Shown: positions 40,383-51,130 of the stretch, in pieces
How the letters are laid out: each line of letters starts with the position of its first letter
Position numbering within the stretch: position 1 is the first letter of the stretch
Assembly (NCBI GenBank): GCA_045643285.1
Contig: JAZUKN010000041.1
Span: 666 to 64,665, forward strand
From: Eubacteriales bacterium
GTDB taxonomy: Bacteria > Bacillota > Clostridia > Oscillospirales > CAG-272
Direction of reading: 5' to 3'
DNA: 64,000 nucleotides
Position numbers and translations under genes: made by a program
Notes under the pieces: generated by a model
Told to the model about the DNA's origin: nothing
The model's database searches: none
Seen by the model: the letters and a program-made list of their open reading frames with translations, nothing else

Positions 40383-42314
40383 TTATCTCTTTTTTGTGTT
40401 GATCTCGTCGAGTGCAAGTGCGATGAAGTCGTCAAGCGGCATAGCGCCCTTGTCTTCTCCGCCGCGTGTTCTGACGGAAACTGTACCGTTCGTGCGGTCA
40501 CGTTCGCCGAGAACGAGCATATACGGTGTCTTCTGGAGCTGTGCTTCGCGGATCTTGTAGCGCATCGTTTCGTTTCTGTCGTCGAAGTGGACTTTGATTC
40601 CTGCCGCGTTCAGTTTGTCTGTAACGGACTGCGCGTATTCATTGAACGCCGCGTCGATCGGGATGACCTCGACCTGGAGAGGAGACAGCCACATCGGAAG
40701 TGCGCCTGCGTACTTCTCGATGAGGTATGCGAGCGTTCTTTCGTAGCAGCCGAGAGAAGTACGGTGGATGATATACGGCAGCTTCTGCTGGTTGTCGCTG
40801 TCGGTGTAGTACATACCGAATCTTTCGGCGAGAAGCATATCTATCTGAATAGTAACGATAGTGTCTTCCTTGCCGAATACGTTCTTGTACTGTACGTCGA
40901 GCTTCGGTCCGTAGAATGCGGCTTCGTCGATACCGACGGTGTATTCTACTCCGAGGTCGTCAAGGATCTCTTTCATAATACGCTGTGCTTCTTCCCACTG
41001 TTCGGGAGTGCCTTCGTACTTGTTCTTCGGGTTAGCCGGATCCCACTGCGAGAAGCGGAACGTACAGTCGTCGAGAAGTCCTACTGTGCCGAGACAGTAT
41101 TTTGCAAGCTCAAGGCATCCGCGGAACTCGTCTTCAAGCTGATCGGGACGGAGAACGAGGTGACCTTCTGAGATCGTGAACTGGCGGACGCGGATAAGGC
41201 CGTGCATCTCGCCGGAATCTTCGTTGCGGAACAGTGTAGACGACTCGTTGAATCTCATCGGAAGATCGCGGTACGAGCGCTTCTTGTTGAGATACACCTG
41301 ATACTGGAACGGGCAGGTCATCGGACGGAGTGCGAAGCATTCCTTTGTTTCGTCGTCAGGATCGCCGAGGACGAACATACCGTCAAGGTAGTGATCCCAG
41401 TGACCGGAGATCTTATAAAGCTCGCGCTTTGCCATGTACGGCGTCTTTGTGAGGAGATATCCGCGCTTGTATTCTTCGTCTTCGACCCATCTCTGGAGCG
41501 TCTGGATGACCTTTGCGCCCTTCGGAAGGATGATCGGAAGTCCCTGACCGATGCAGTCGACTGTCGTGAAGTATTCAAGCTCTCTGCCGAGCTTGTTGTG
41601 GTCGCGCTTGAGAGCTTCTTCCTGTGCGGTGAGGTATTCGTTCATCGCGTCCTTTGACGTGAACGCCGTACCGTAGATACGCTGGAGCATTTTCTTTTTT
41701 GAGTCGCCTCTCCAGTACGCACCGGTGCAGGACGTGAGCTTGAACGCCTTTATCGCGCCCGTCGAGAAGAGGTGAGGACCTGCACAGAGGTCGGTGAAGT
41801 CGTTCATCTTATAGAACGACAGCTCTGCGTCTGCCGGAAGATCGTTGATAAGCTCGACCTTGTACGGTTCGTCCTTCATCAGCTCAAGAGCTTCGTCTCT
41901 CGGCAGTGTGAAGCGTTCCATTTTTGCGTTTTCCTTGATGATCTTCTTCATCTCGGCTTCGAGCTTATCGAGGATGTCGCGTGTGAACGGAACGTCGGAA
42001 TCGAAGTCGTAGTAGAAGCCGTTGTCGATAGCCGGACCGATCGTGAGCTTTGTTTCGGGATAGAGTCTCTTTACGGCTGCGGCAAGAACGTGCGACGCCG
42101 TGTGACGGAACACCTTTGCGCCGTCTTCGTCTGCGAATGTGAGAAGCTCAACGTCCGCGTCTGCGTCAAGTGCTGACGTAAGCTCTGCGACCTTGCCGTT
42201 AACTTTTGCGGCGATGACTTCGCGCGAGATGAGCTCTGCTTCTCTGGCGGCGTCGTACACCGTTACGGGAGAAGCAAATTCGAGGGATTTGTCTCTGAAA
42301 TTGACCTTGAACAT
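40383..42314 (-). CDS. thrS: Threonine--tRNA ligase
   Basis: TGS domain, HTASH, DLCAGPH, RDHNKLG, LRPMTCP and FYGPKLD; ATG 42314 after GGAGG. Confidence 0.97.
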   Translation of the reverse strand: MFKVNFRDKSLEFASPVTVYDAAREAELISREVIAAKVNGKVAELTSALDADADVELLTFADEDGAKVFRHTASHVLAAAVKRLYPETKLTIGPAIDNGFYYDFDSDVPFTRDILDKLEAEMKKIIKENAKMERFTLPRDEALELMKDEPYKVELINDLPADAELSFYKMNDFTDLCAGPHLFSTGAIKAFKLTSCTGAYWRGDSKKKMLQRIYGTAFTSKDAMNEYLTAQEEALKRDHNKLGRELEYFTTVDCIGQGLPIILPKGAKVIQTLQRWVEDEEYKRGYLLTKTPYMAKRELYKISGHWDHYLDGMFVLGDPDDETKECFALRPMTCPFQYQVYLNKKRSYRDLPMRFNESSTLFRNEDSGEMHGLIRVRQFTISEGHLVLRPDQLEDEFRGCLELAKYCLGTVGLLDDCTFRFSQWDPANPKNKYEGTPEQWEEAQRIMKEILDDLGVEYTVGIDEAAFYGPKLDVQYKNVFGKEDTIVTIQIDMLLAERFGMYYTDSDNQQKLPYIIHRTSLGCYERTLAYLIEKYAGALPMWLSPLQVEVIPIDAAFNEYAQSVTDKLNAAGIKVHFDDRNETMRYKIREAQLQKTPYMLVLGERDRTNGTVSVRTRGGEDKGAMPLDDFIALALDEINTKKR

Positions 42315-42349
42315 GAGAGGATACCTCCGTTCGTATTTTTGAGTCCCGG

Positions 42350-42555
42350 GAAAACAAAAAAGCCGCGGGACAGAAGAAATCTGTTCGGGGTGCGGGACGA
42401 GTCCCACACGGTTCCACCCGAGCTTTAACTCAATTTGTATTATATTATGAAGCCGTTTTATTCGGCAGGGTGGTACCCATACGGATGCGCGGAAACTTCT
42501 CACCGACCGTTTCTCTCTGGGCGCGCAAAAATCGCACGGACTTGTCCCGTAAAAA
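42350..42555 (-). promoter_or_regulatory. T-box riboswitch leader (Thr)
   Basis: Minus strand: CAGAGAG...GGTGAGA stem I, ACC specifier in GGGTACCACCC, T-box GGGTGGAACCGTG, then a T-run before thrS. Confidence 0.82.
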
Positions 42556-42665
42556 GAATTGTACACCATTTTCGCCCGTTTGTCAAGCCGTTTTGCGTGC
42601 TTTGTGCGCGGTTTTATCCCCCTTTTTACAATATGTTAAAAAAATGTAAACAATCCCCAAATCTA

Positions 42666-42733
42666 TTGATTTTTCGCCGCCGCAGAGATACAATACCATA
42701 GTGAGGTTAGCACTTGAACACGGTGAGTGCTAA
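42666..42733 (+). promoter_or_regulatory. groE promoter and CIRCE element (HrcA operator)
   Basis: TTGATT-N17-TACAAT, then TTAGCACTT-N9-GAGTGCTAA (42707-42733), one mismatch from the CIRCE consensus. Confidence 0.92.
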
Positions 42734-43069
<336 letters not shown>

Positions 43070-43191
43070 ATAATATATCTTTTCCGTCCGGTGCAAGGGG
43101 AACGCGGCTTTTTCGAGAAAAAGCCTGGCAAAAAGCTTTATTGATTTTTCGTCGAATGGGACAGCGTCCCATATCGACGAAAAATAGATAA

Positions 43192-44919
<1,728 letters not shown>

Positions 44920-44937
44920 TAAGTGATAGTTAAAGGA

Positions 44938-44978
44938 AAAAGTCCTGCATCTTCTCGGAAAGGTGCAGGATTTTTTGT
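44938..44978 (+). terminator. Rho-independent terminator after groEL
   Basis: TCCTGCA...TGCAGGA followed by TTTTTT. Confidence 0.8.
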
Positions 44979-45104
44979 GTTTTTATATTCTGTTTTTTCT
45001 TTCACGTTTTGTGATATTTTGTGATATAATTTAAGAAAAAATGCAACCTTTTCGGTTTTTGCCGCACTGTATATGTGAAAACGGAAGAAAGGAGAACACG
45101 CGAA

Positions 45105-46685
45105 ATGGAAAAATCGGAAGAGCTTGTCGACGAATATATACAAAACTACATGGGCAAAGTCTATTATTTCTGCCTCAGAAAGACGAATGCAAGTGAAGCC
45201 GAAGACCTGTCGGCGGATATTGCACTTGCCGTGCTGACGGAACTCAAACGCGGTACCGTACCAGACAACTTCCCTGCGTGGGCGTGGAAGATTGCAAAAA
45301 ATCGTTACAGCCGTTGGGCAGAGTCAAAGCACCGCAAAAATGAGACGACCGTCAACGCCGATCTTTCCGATATCGACATAGCCGACGATTTTTCCGTCGA
45401 CGGTGAACTGATACGCAAAGAGGATATTACTTTGCTCCGGCGAGAGCTGGCGTTCATCACGCGGGAATACAGGGAAATCGTCGTGCCGTTCTATATCGAA
45501 GACAAAAGCATCCGCGATATTTCATCTTCGCTCGGACTCCCCGTCGGAACGGTGAAATCAAAACTGTTCCGCGCCCGTAACATATTGAAAGAAGGTATGG
45601 ATATGGCAAGAACATTCGGAAAAAGAAGCTACAACCCTGAAAACATCGTTTTTTATGCAAGCGGACGGCAGCCGAGCGGACTCCCGTGGACGGCGGTCGG
45701 AAGACAGATCCCAAAAAACATCCTGCTCGAAGCAAGCAACAACCCGTCGACTGTTGAAGAACTCGCGCTTGAGCTTGGCATCGCAGTCCCGTATATGGAA
45801 GAAGAAGTCGCACTGCTCGAAAAAGCCACGCTTCTCGCAAAGCAGGGTAACAAATACGTCACGAACTTTTTCATCTTCGACAAAGAAAGCATCCTTGATA
45901 TTTACAACACGATGAGAGACTCGTCAAAGGAACGGAGTAAGCTGATTTCGGAACTGATCGACGAAAAGATCGGCAAGATACGCTCTCTCGGCATCTGCGG
46001 TGAACATATCGACGACAATATCCTTCGCTGGTGGCTGATACCGCTTCTCATTGACCGTCTCATCCTCCTCGTGACGGACAAAAATTATTTCGCACCTCCG
46101 AAGCGTGCGAACGGCGAAAGCTGGGGATTTATAGGTCACGAAGACGTGGAGCTCCCGGAGAACGTCAACATGGGGCATAACGGATCAGGCATCAAAGACT
46201 GCGATATGTGGAAATATGATTTCGTCGATGTCTATTTCGGCAATCATCCATACCGTCTCATAGAGCAGGATGAGCTTGCACTGCTCTGCGACTGCATCCG
46301 TGGCGGCAGAAAAGTCAATTCTTTCACCGATATTGAGAAAAAGTTGTGGGAGAAGATCGACGGACGTTACGCGCACGCATCGGAGAACGGCAAAATCATC
46401 CCCGATATTATCGTGATGACGGAAGAAAAAAAGAAAAGAATTGAGAAGATATTTGAGTCGGGCGAACAGTTTGGCGCACTGCTCGAAAAATTCACGGAGG
46501 TATATGACAAGATCAATATGATTTTATCGTGCAATTCAAACAAACTGCTTCATGACTCCATTGCATATCACATCGGCATGGAAATGTTCAAAATCAGAAT
46601 GATGACAATTCACGACCTCATGGACAGCGGATACATCAAGGTTGTCGACAGCGCGACCGTCGGCGAATATATGGTAATGAAATAA
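45105..46685 (+). CDS. ECF sigma-70 factor with a long C-terminal extension
   Basis: Region 2 (AEDLSADI..AWAWKIAKNRY) and region 4 (GLPVGTVKSKLFRAR) followed by ~350 extra residues; AAGGAG before ATG 45105. Confidence 0.85.
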   Translation: MEKSEELVDEYIQNYMGKVYYFCLRKTNASEAEDLSADIALAVLTELKRGTVPDNFPAWAWKIAKNRYSRWAESKHRKNETTVNADLSDIDIADDFSVDGELIRKEDITLLRRELAFITREYREIVVPFYIEDKSIRDISSSLGLPVGTVKSKLFRARNILKEGMDMARTFGKRSYNPENIVFYASGRQPSGLPWTAVGRQIPKNILLEASNNPSTVEELALELGIAVPYMEEEVALLEKATLLAKQGNKYVTNFFIFDKESILDIYNTMRDSSKERSKLISELIDEKIGKIRSLGICGEHIDDNILRWWLIPLLIDRLILLVTDKNYFAPPKRANGESWGFIGHEDVELPENVNMGHNGSGIKDCDMWKYDFVDVYFGNHPYRLIEQDELALLCDCIRGGRKVNSFTDIEKKLWEKIDGRYAHASENGKIIPDIIVMTEEKKKRIEKIFESGEQFGALLEKFTEVYDKINMILSCNSNKLLHDSIAYHIGMEMFKIRMMTIHDLMDSGYIKVVDSATVGEYMVMK

Positions 46686-46715
46686 AACGTTTTTTCGCTT
46701 CGCAAAAATATTATC

Positions 46716-47058
46716 ATACGCCGAAGGCGTATATCATCGCACGAAGTGCGACATCATACCGCTGGTATATCATAAATCCCGCTGGGGATTTATCTCATTA
46801 AAAAAGACACCGCGCAGGTGTCTTTTTTTATGGAGACGGTGTGATAAAAAATGATATATCGCTACCGCGATATGATATACGGCTACCGCCGTATGATATA
46901 CTTGCTTACGCAAGTATGATATATTTTCGCTTCGCTCACATATTAATACGCCGAAGGCGTATATCATCGCACGAAGTACGACATCATACCGCTGGTATAT
47001 CATAAATCCCGTGAGGGATTTATCTCATTAAAAAAGACACCGCGCAGGTGTCTTTTTT
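46716..47058. repeat. 113-bp direct repeat (46716-46828 / 46946-47058) made of short hairpins, with an inverted hairpin array between the copies
   Basis: The copies are offset by 230 nt and differ at only a few positions; stems are joined by ATC or GAT linkers. Confidence 0.9.
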
Positions 47059-47061
47059 ACA

Positions 47062-47082
47062 TTATGCCGGTGGCGGGGGTCG
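47062..47082 (-). repeat. 21-bp duplicate of the tRNA-Leu 3' end
   Basis: TTATGCCGGTGGCGGGGGTCG is identical at 47062-47082 and 47219-47239. Confidence 0.85.
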
Positions 47083-47221
47083 CCACGACAGCTCCCGCTG
47101 TCTACACGCCCTCGGAGGCACGAACAGTCCACCGGACTGTTCTAAGGCTTCGCCTTACCTCCTTTTCGACCCCCTGACCGAAAAAAGAAAAGCACCGATT
47201 CCATCGGTACTTCCCTTTTTA

Positions 47222-47306
47222 TGCCGGTGGCGGGGGTCGAACCCGCACGGGGTATTAGCCCAACGGATTTTGAGTCCGTCACGTCTGCCAATTCCATCAC
47301 ACCGGC
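47222..47306 (-). tRNA. tRNA-Leu (CAA)
   Basis: GCCGGTG/CACCGGC acceptor stem, ACGGA-CTCAAAA-TCCGT anticodon arm, long variable arm, GGTTCGA T-loop, no encoded CCA; promoter TTGCAA-N17-TATAAT at 47315-47343. Confidence 0.95.
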
Positions 47307-47358
47307 GTGGCATTATTATAGCATACCGTCCGACGGATTGCAAGACTTCGCCGCGATT

Positions 47359-48150
47359 TTATTTTACCTCTGCGATTATTTCGATCGGGCAGTGATCGCT
47401 CACCTTTCTCGCGCGCTCGTCCGTCACTACCTCGTACCTCTCTATCCGTGCGCCGCGGAACACTATATGATCGAGCGAGCGATCGTTTGCTTCCGTCGAC
47501 ACGTCCGCCGCGACATACTCTCCGCGCTCTTTATCATACACGGGATCGCGGTGCCACGAGCAGATACAGTTCACTTTTTCCACCGCACATTCCGACGCGG
47601 AAACGATACCGTGCTCACGCAAAACGCCAAAAGGCGCATCGTGTACGTTGCAGTTGAAGTCTCCTCCGCAGAAGACCGCCGCACAGTCGTCAAGCCCGTC
47701 GATCCCCTCGACAAGCTCTCGTGCGTTCTGTATCCGCGCCGCCTGTCCGGCTTCGTCCCACATGAACCAGAAATGCGTTGCCAGTGCGCCGATGCGGATA
47801 CCGCTTGATTTTTCTTCAAGCACGGTGAGCGAATACGATTTCGACGAGCAGTCGTTCGGTCCGGTGTACAGGTGAAACGCCGAGCGAATTTCGTTGAATC
47901 TGTCGTCGTTGTAGAACACGGGAGTATAGTTCAGCGTACATTCGCCGAGATCGGGGCGGGATTCGCGGTAGCCTTTATCGAAAAGGCGCGGTTTCAGCTC
48001 GCTTTTGTGCCAGTTCGGGTGCATTTCCTGAAATGACAGCACGTCCGGCATCCGCTCGGTTATTATATCGGCGAGCAGCGTATCTCGCGGCGGAACGGGA
48101 TTGCCGAACACGTCCGCCCACACGTTTGAATCAAACAGTTTCAGTTTCAT
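47359..48150 (-). CDS. Endonuclease/exonuclease/phosphatase family protein
   Basis: SNV, FQE, THF, GGDFN, LDHI and SDHCP motifs. Confidence 0.88.
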   Translation of the reverse strand: MKLKLFDSNVWADVFGNPVPPRDTLLADIITERMPDVLSFQEMHPNWHKSELKPRLFDKGYRESRPDLGECTLNYTPVFYNDDRFNEIRSAFHLYTGPNDCSSKSYSLTVLEEKSSGIRIGALATHFWFMWDEAGQAARIQNARELVEGIDGLDDCAAVFCGGDFNCNVHDAPFGVLREHGIVSASECAVEKVNCICSWHRDPVYDKERGEYVAADVSTEANDRSLDHIVFRGARIERYEVVTDERARKVSDHCPIEIIAEVK

Positions 48151-48204
48151 ATCGTTCCCTTTCGGCAAACAAAAAGCAGGAGATGATCCTGCTTTTATGT
48201 TATA

Positions 48205-49404
48205 TCAGTTTGTGTAGTTGTCGAAATATCCCTGAACGAGTACAACAGGTGTTCCCTTGTCGCCGGAGCCGGAAGTGAGGTCGCAGAGAGAGCCGATGAG
48301 GTCGGTGAGCTGACGCGGAGTCGTGCCCTCGGACGCCATCTGACCTTTGAGGTTCGCGTCTTTCGCCTTGATGCTCTCGGAAATGGCTTTTTTCAGCTCA
48401 TCTCCGGAAAGGTTTGCGAAGTCGTTATCTGCGAGATATTTGAGCTTCAGTTCGTTCGGTGTGCCGACGAGTCCGCTCGTATGGAACGGGGAAACGATCG
48501 GGTCTGCAAGCTCCCAAATCTTGCCTTTCGGATCCTTGAACGCGCCGTCGCCGTACACCATGACTTCGACTTTCTTGCCTGTACGTGCAAGCACGCGCGC
48601 CTGGATCTCTTCGACAAGTCCCTCAGCCGCACGCGGGAAGAGCTTTACGGTGTCTTCCGTTGCCTTATTGGAGCCGAGAAGACCGTATTTTTCATTGCAG
48701 CCGCTTCCGTCAACGGGAGATGTGAGAATGTCGTCGAGACCGAGGACGGTCTTTGCGCCTGCGGCCTTTAAGATGCGTTTTGTTCTCGCTCTTGTGTGTA
48801 TGTCGCAGGTGAGAACGGTGTCCGTATATTTAAGGATTGCTCTCGGCTGATTTGCGAAGATTATCTCGCATTCCGCACCGCATTCGCGGATGAGATCGCC
48901 GTAATAGTCAACGTAGTCGACACCCGTGAATTCGTGCTTGTTCACGCCGAACAGCTCGCGGTACTTTTCAAGTGTGAGAACGTCGGAATACGGATTCACG
49001 CCTGCTTCGTCGAGCTTATCGAGGGAAACAAGCTCGTTGCCCACTTCGTCCGACGGATAGGAAAGCATAAGGATTATCTTTTTCGCGCCTTTTGCGATTC
49101 CGCGGAGGCAGACGGCAAAGCGGTTACGGGAGAGGATAGGCAGAATAACGCCGATCGTCTCACCGCCGAGCTTCGCGCGCACATCCTTTGCGATAGCGTC
49201 GACGGTCGCGTAGTTGCCCTGCGCTCTTGCGACTACGGATTCGGTAATGCTTATAACGTCTCTGTCACGGAGTTCAAAGCCCTCGCTCTCGGCGGCAGCG
49301 ATAACGCTGTCCGTAACGATAGCGGCAAGATCGTCTCCCTGACGTATGATAGGGCAGCGGATGCCGCGTGACACCGTGCCGACAAGTCTTTCTTTATTTT
49401 CCAT
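48205..49404 (-). CDS. Coenzyme F420-0:L-glutamate ligase (CofE)-like protein
   Basis: PIIRQGDDLA, ITESVVARAQG and a C-terminal DLTSGSGDKGTPVVLVQGY. Confidence 0.7.
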   Translation of the reverse strand: MENKERLVGTVSRGIRCPIIRQGDDLAAIVTDSVIAAAESEGFELRDRDVISITESVVARAQGNYATVDAIAKDVRAKLGGETIGVILPILSRNRFAVCLRGIAKGAKKIILMLSYPSDEVGNELVSLDKLDEAGVNPYSDVLTLEKYRELFGVNKHEFTGVDYVDYYGDLIRECGAECEIIFANQPRAILKYTDTVLTCDIHTRARTKRILKAAGAKTVLGLDDILTSPVDGSGCNEKYGLLGSNKATEDTVKLFPRAAEGLVEEIQARVLARTGKKVEVMVYGDGAFKDPKGKIWELADPIVSPFHTSGLVGTPNELKLKYLADNDFANLSGDELKKAISESIKAKDANLKGQMASEGTTPRQLTDLIGSLCDLTSGSGDKGTPVVLVQGYFDNYTN

Positions 49405-49593
49405 AGTATTACGCACCTTTCGGGTTGGATTAAGCAAATATTTGTTGTATACATCTTTTTGAAGATCCATAAGGAACTTTTTCTCGAAAAAGTTCCTTAT
49501 GCGGAGTTTGAGGCAGAGCCTCAACAAAACAGAATCTTATTCGTATTCTTTCGTAGTGGTTTATCATCGTGTTTGTTGAGGTGCTTTTTCGGG

Positions 49594-49875
49594 CTATTTC
49601 GTGCCTGTATTATCCTCGTTGTCTCGTGTGGTTTTGTCTTCGGATTTTTTTGTTACGCTATTGTTACGCTTCGGGAGGTCTTCGACCTCAATGCCTCGGC
49701 TCCGAAGGAGAGCCAGCGCGGCTTCGTTGTAAAAGTCCGACCGGCTGTACGCGATTTCGTTGTCGGCGGCGTACTGCTCCACGTGTTCGTCGATGATGTC
49801 TATAATTCCTGCGGGTGCGTGGATGGTGATGGGTGTTCTCCGGCTCCCGCCCTTCAAGGGTCTTCCGTATGCCAT
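49594..49875 (-). CDS. Small DNA-binding protein (ribbon-helix-helix-like)
   Basis: GRP..G..RTPITIH..IID...SRSDFYNEA pattern; AAGGAGG RBS. Confidence 0.55.
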   Translation of the reverse strand: MAYGRPLKGGSRRTPITIHAPAGIIDIIDEHVEQYAADNEIAYSRSDFYNEAALALLRSRGIEVEDLPKRNNSVTKKSEDKTTRDNEDNTGTK

Positions 49876-49938
49876 CGGGCATTCCTCCTTGTCTGTCTTT
49901 TCGCCGTCGGTTTATTATAGCACGGCGGCTGTTCTTTT

Positions 49939-50325
49939 TCAATGGGTTTCTTGAATATCGAGTGTTTCACGTGGAACATCTCGGTTTTCGGGATTTCCTT
50001 CGCTCTGGGCGATCCGTGCCGGTACGACGACCGTCATGTTGCAGCTGTCGCAGCACCGTCCGTCCTTGACGGGTCGTGCGTCGTTTCCGTGTCCTTCGAT
50101 CTCGGCTCCGCAAATGACGCACTTCGGCTTTTCTGCGAGGCTCACTCTGTCAGTGCTTGCCTGCGTGACGCTGTGTCCGCACTTGTCGAGGAGCGTCACA
50201 AAAGGGGAGCGCATTCCTTTTTCGTTGTATTTGTATCCGGCTTCGACGATCCGGCTGTATGTGATTCCTTCGTGGACGACCGGCAGGCATCTCTGCGCGG
50301 CTTCGTCTGCTTCTCTGGGTGTCAT
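49939..50325 (-). CDS. Phage hypothetical protein with a Cys-rich C-terminus
   Basis: CVICG...GRCCDSCN; ATGA overlap with the upstream gene. Confidence 0.65.
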   Translation of the reverse strand: MTPREADEAAQRCLPVVHEGITYSRIVEAGYKYNEKGMRSPFVTLLDKCGHSVTQASTDRVSLAEKPKCVICGAEIEGHGNDARPVKDGRCCDSCNMTVVVPARIAQSEGNPENRDVPRETLDIQETH

Positions 50326-50651
50326 TCGTTACCACTCCAATCCAAAGCCTGACCGCAGTCTTGGCAGTATTTGCATCCCCAGTCGTTTATTCCGTACTCG
50401 AATTCGTGATGGCACTTCGGGCAGTACGCTGTGTCGTAGCAGAGAACGCCGTCCGCGTATCCGTCTGCTTCGTAGTCCGGCTGCATCGGCTCATCCTTGC
50501 TTCTCTCACTCTTCAGGCGCGTGATTTCCTTTTCCTGCCGTTCTATCTTCCTGAACAGCTTCTGGTACTTTGCAGAATGGGCGCAGCCTTCGCAGCACCC
50601 TGCCTTGTAGTCCCAGCAGTTCGGTGCGGCAGGGCATTTCCTGTATTTCAT
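50322..50651 (-). CDS. Phage Zn-finger hypothetical protein
   Basis: CPKC...YCQDCGQALDW C-terminus; ATGA-coupled start. Confidence 0.65.
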   Translation of the reverse strand: MKYRKCPAAPNCWDYKAGCCEGCAHSAKYQKLFRKIERQEKEITRLKSERSKDEPMQPDYEADGYADGVLCYDTAYCPKCHHEFEYGINDWGCKYCQDCGQALDWSGNE

Positions 50652-51130
50652 CTGATCTCCTCCTTCGGCTTGACCGGCAGCGGCATCCAATGTGTGACCT
50701 CTGCGGTTCCTCTGTGGACGAAGCGGTCAATGCTCCAGTATCCTTTGTCGATGTTCCGGCATCCGTTCTTTGAGCGTGTGCATACGAGGACTTCTTCCTG
50801 ATCCTCCGGCACTCTGTCTCTCGCGCTGATCCAGCCATCCTCGGCTTCCTCGTACTGTGCGAGGGCTTTGCATACCTCTGTCATGAAGTCGCAGTCTGTG
50901 TCTTCGCACCCGCCTCCGAAGCACGGGTCTTTGAAGCATTCGGGAAAGTAGGGCAGACCCTCCTCGGTTCTTGCGGTGAGACGTCCTGTTGTTTTTCTCT
51001 GCTGAAGCAGGAGCGTGTCGCGGATCGTCTTCCATGCTATGGCGATTTCCTTGTGTTCGCCGTCCACCATCTTATTGTCTGGGGAAGGGATCACCTCGTC
51101 GAGTGTTCTGATTGCATCTTTGATTTTCAT
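50648..51130 (-). CDS. DUF551-containing phage protein
   Basis: WISARDRVPE...VTHWMPLP motif. Confidence 0.75.
   Translation of the reverse strand: MKIKDAIRTLDEVIPSPDNKMVDGEHKEIAIAWKTIRDTLLLQQRKTTGRLTARTEEGLPYFPECFKDPCFGGGCEDTDCDFMTEVCKALAQYEEAEDGWISARDRVPEDQEEVLVCTRSKNGCRNIDKGYWSIDRFVHRGTAEVTHWMPLPVKPKEEIR

Noticed and set aside
46690-47060. Possible CRISPR array
   Set aside because: There is no constant 23-47-nt repeat with unique spacers; the variable parts are self-complementary stems, and no cas genes are present.
47062-47239. tRNA-Leu duplication as the attachment site of the prophage
   Set aside because: The two copies enclose only ~140 nt on the side away from the phage, and two host-type genes lie between the tRNA and the first phage gene.
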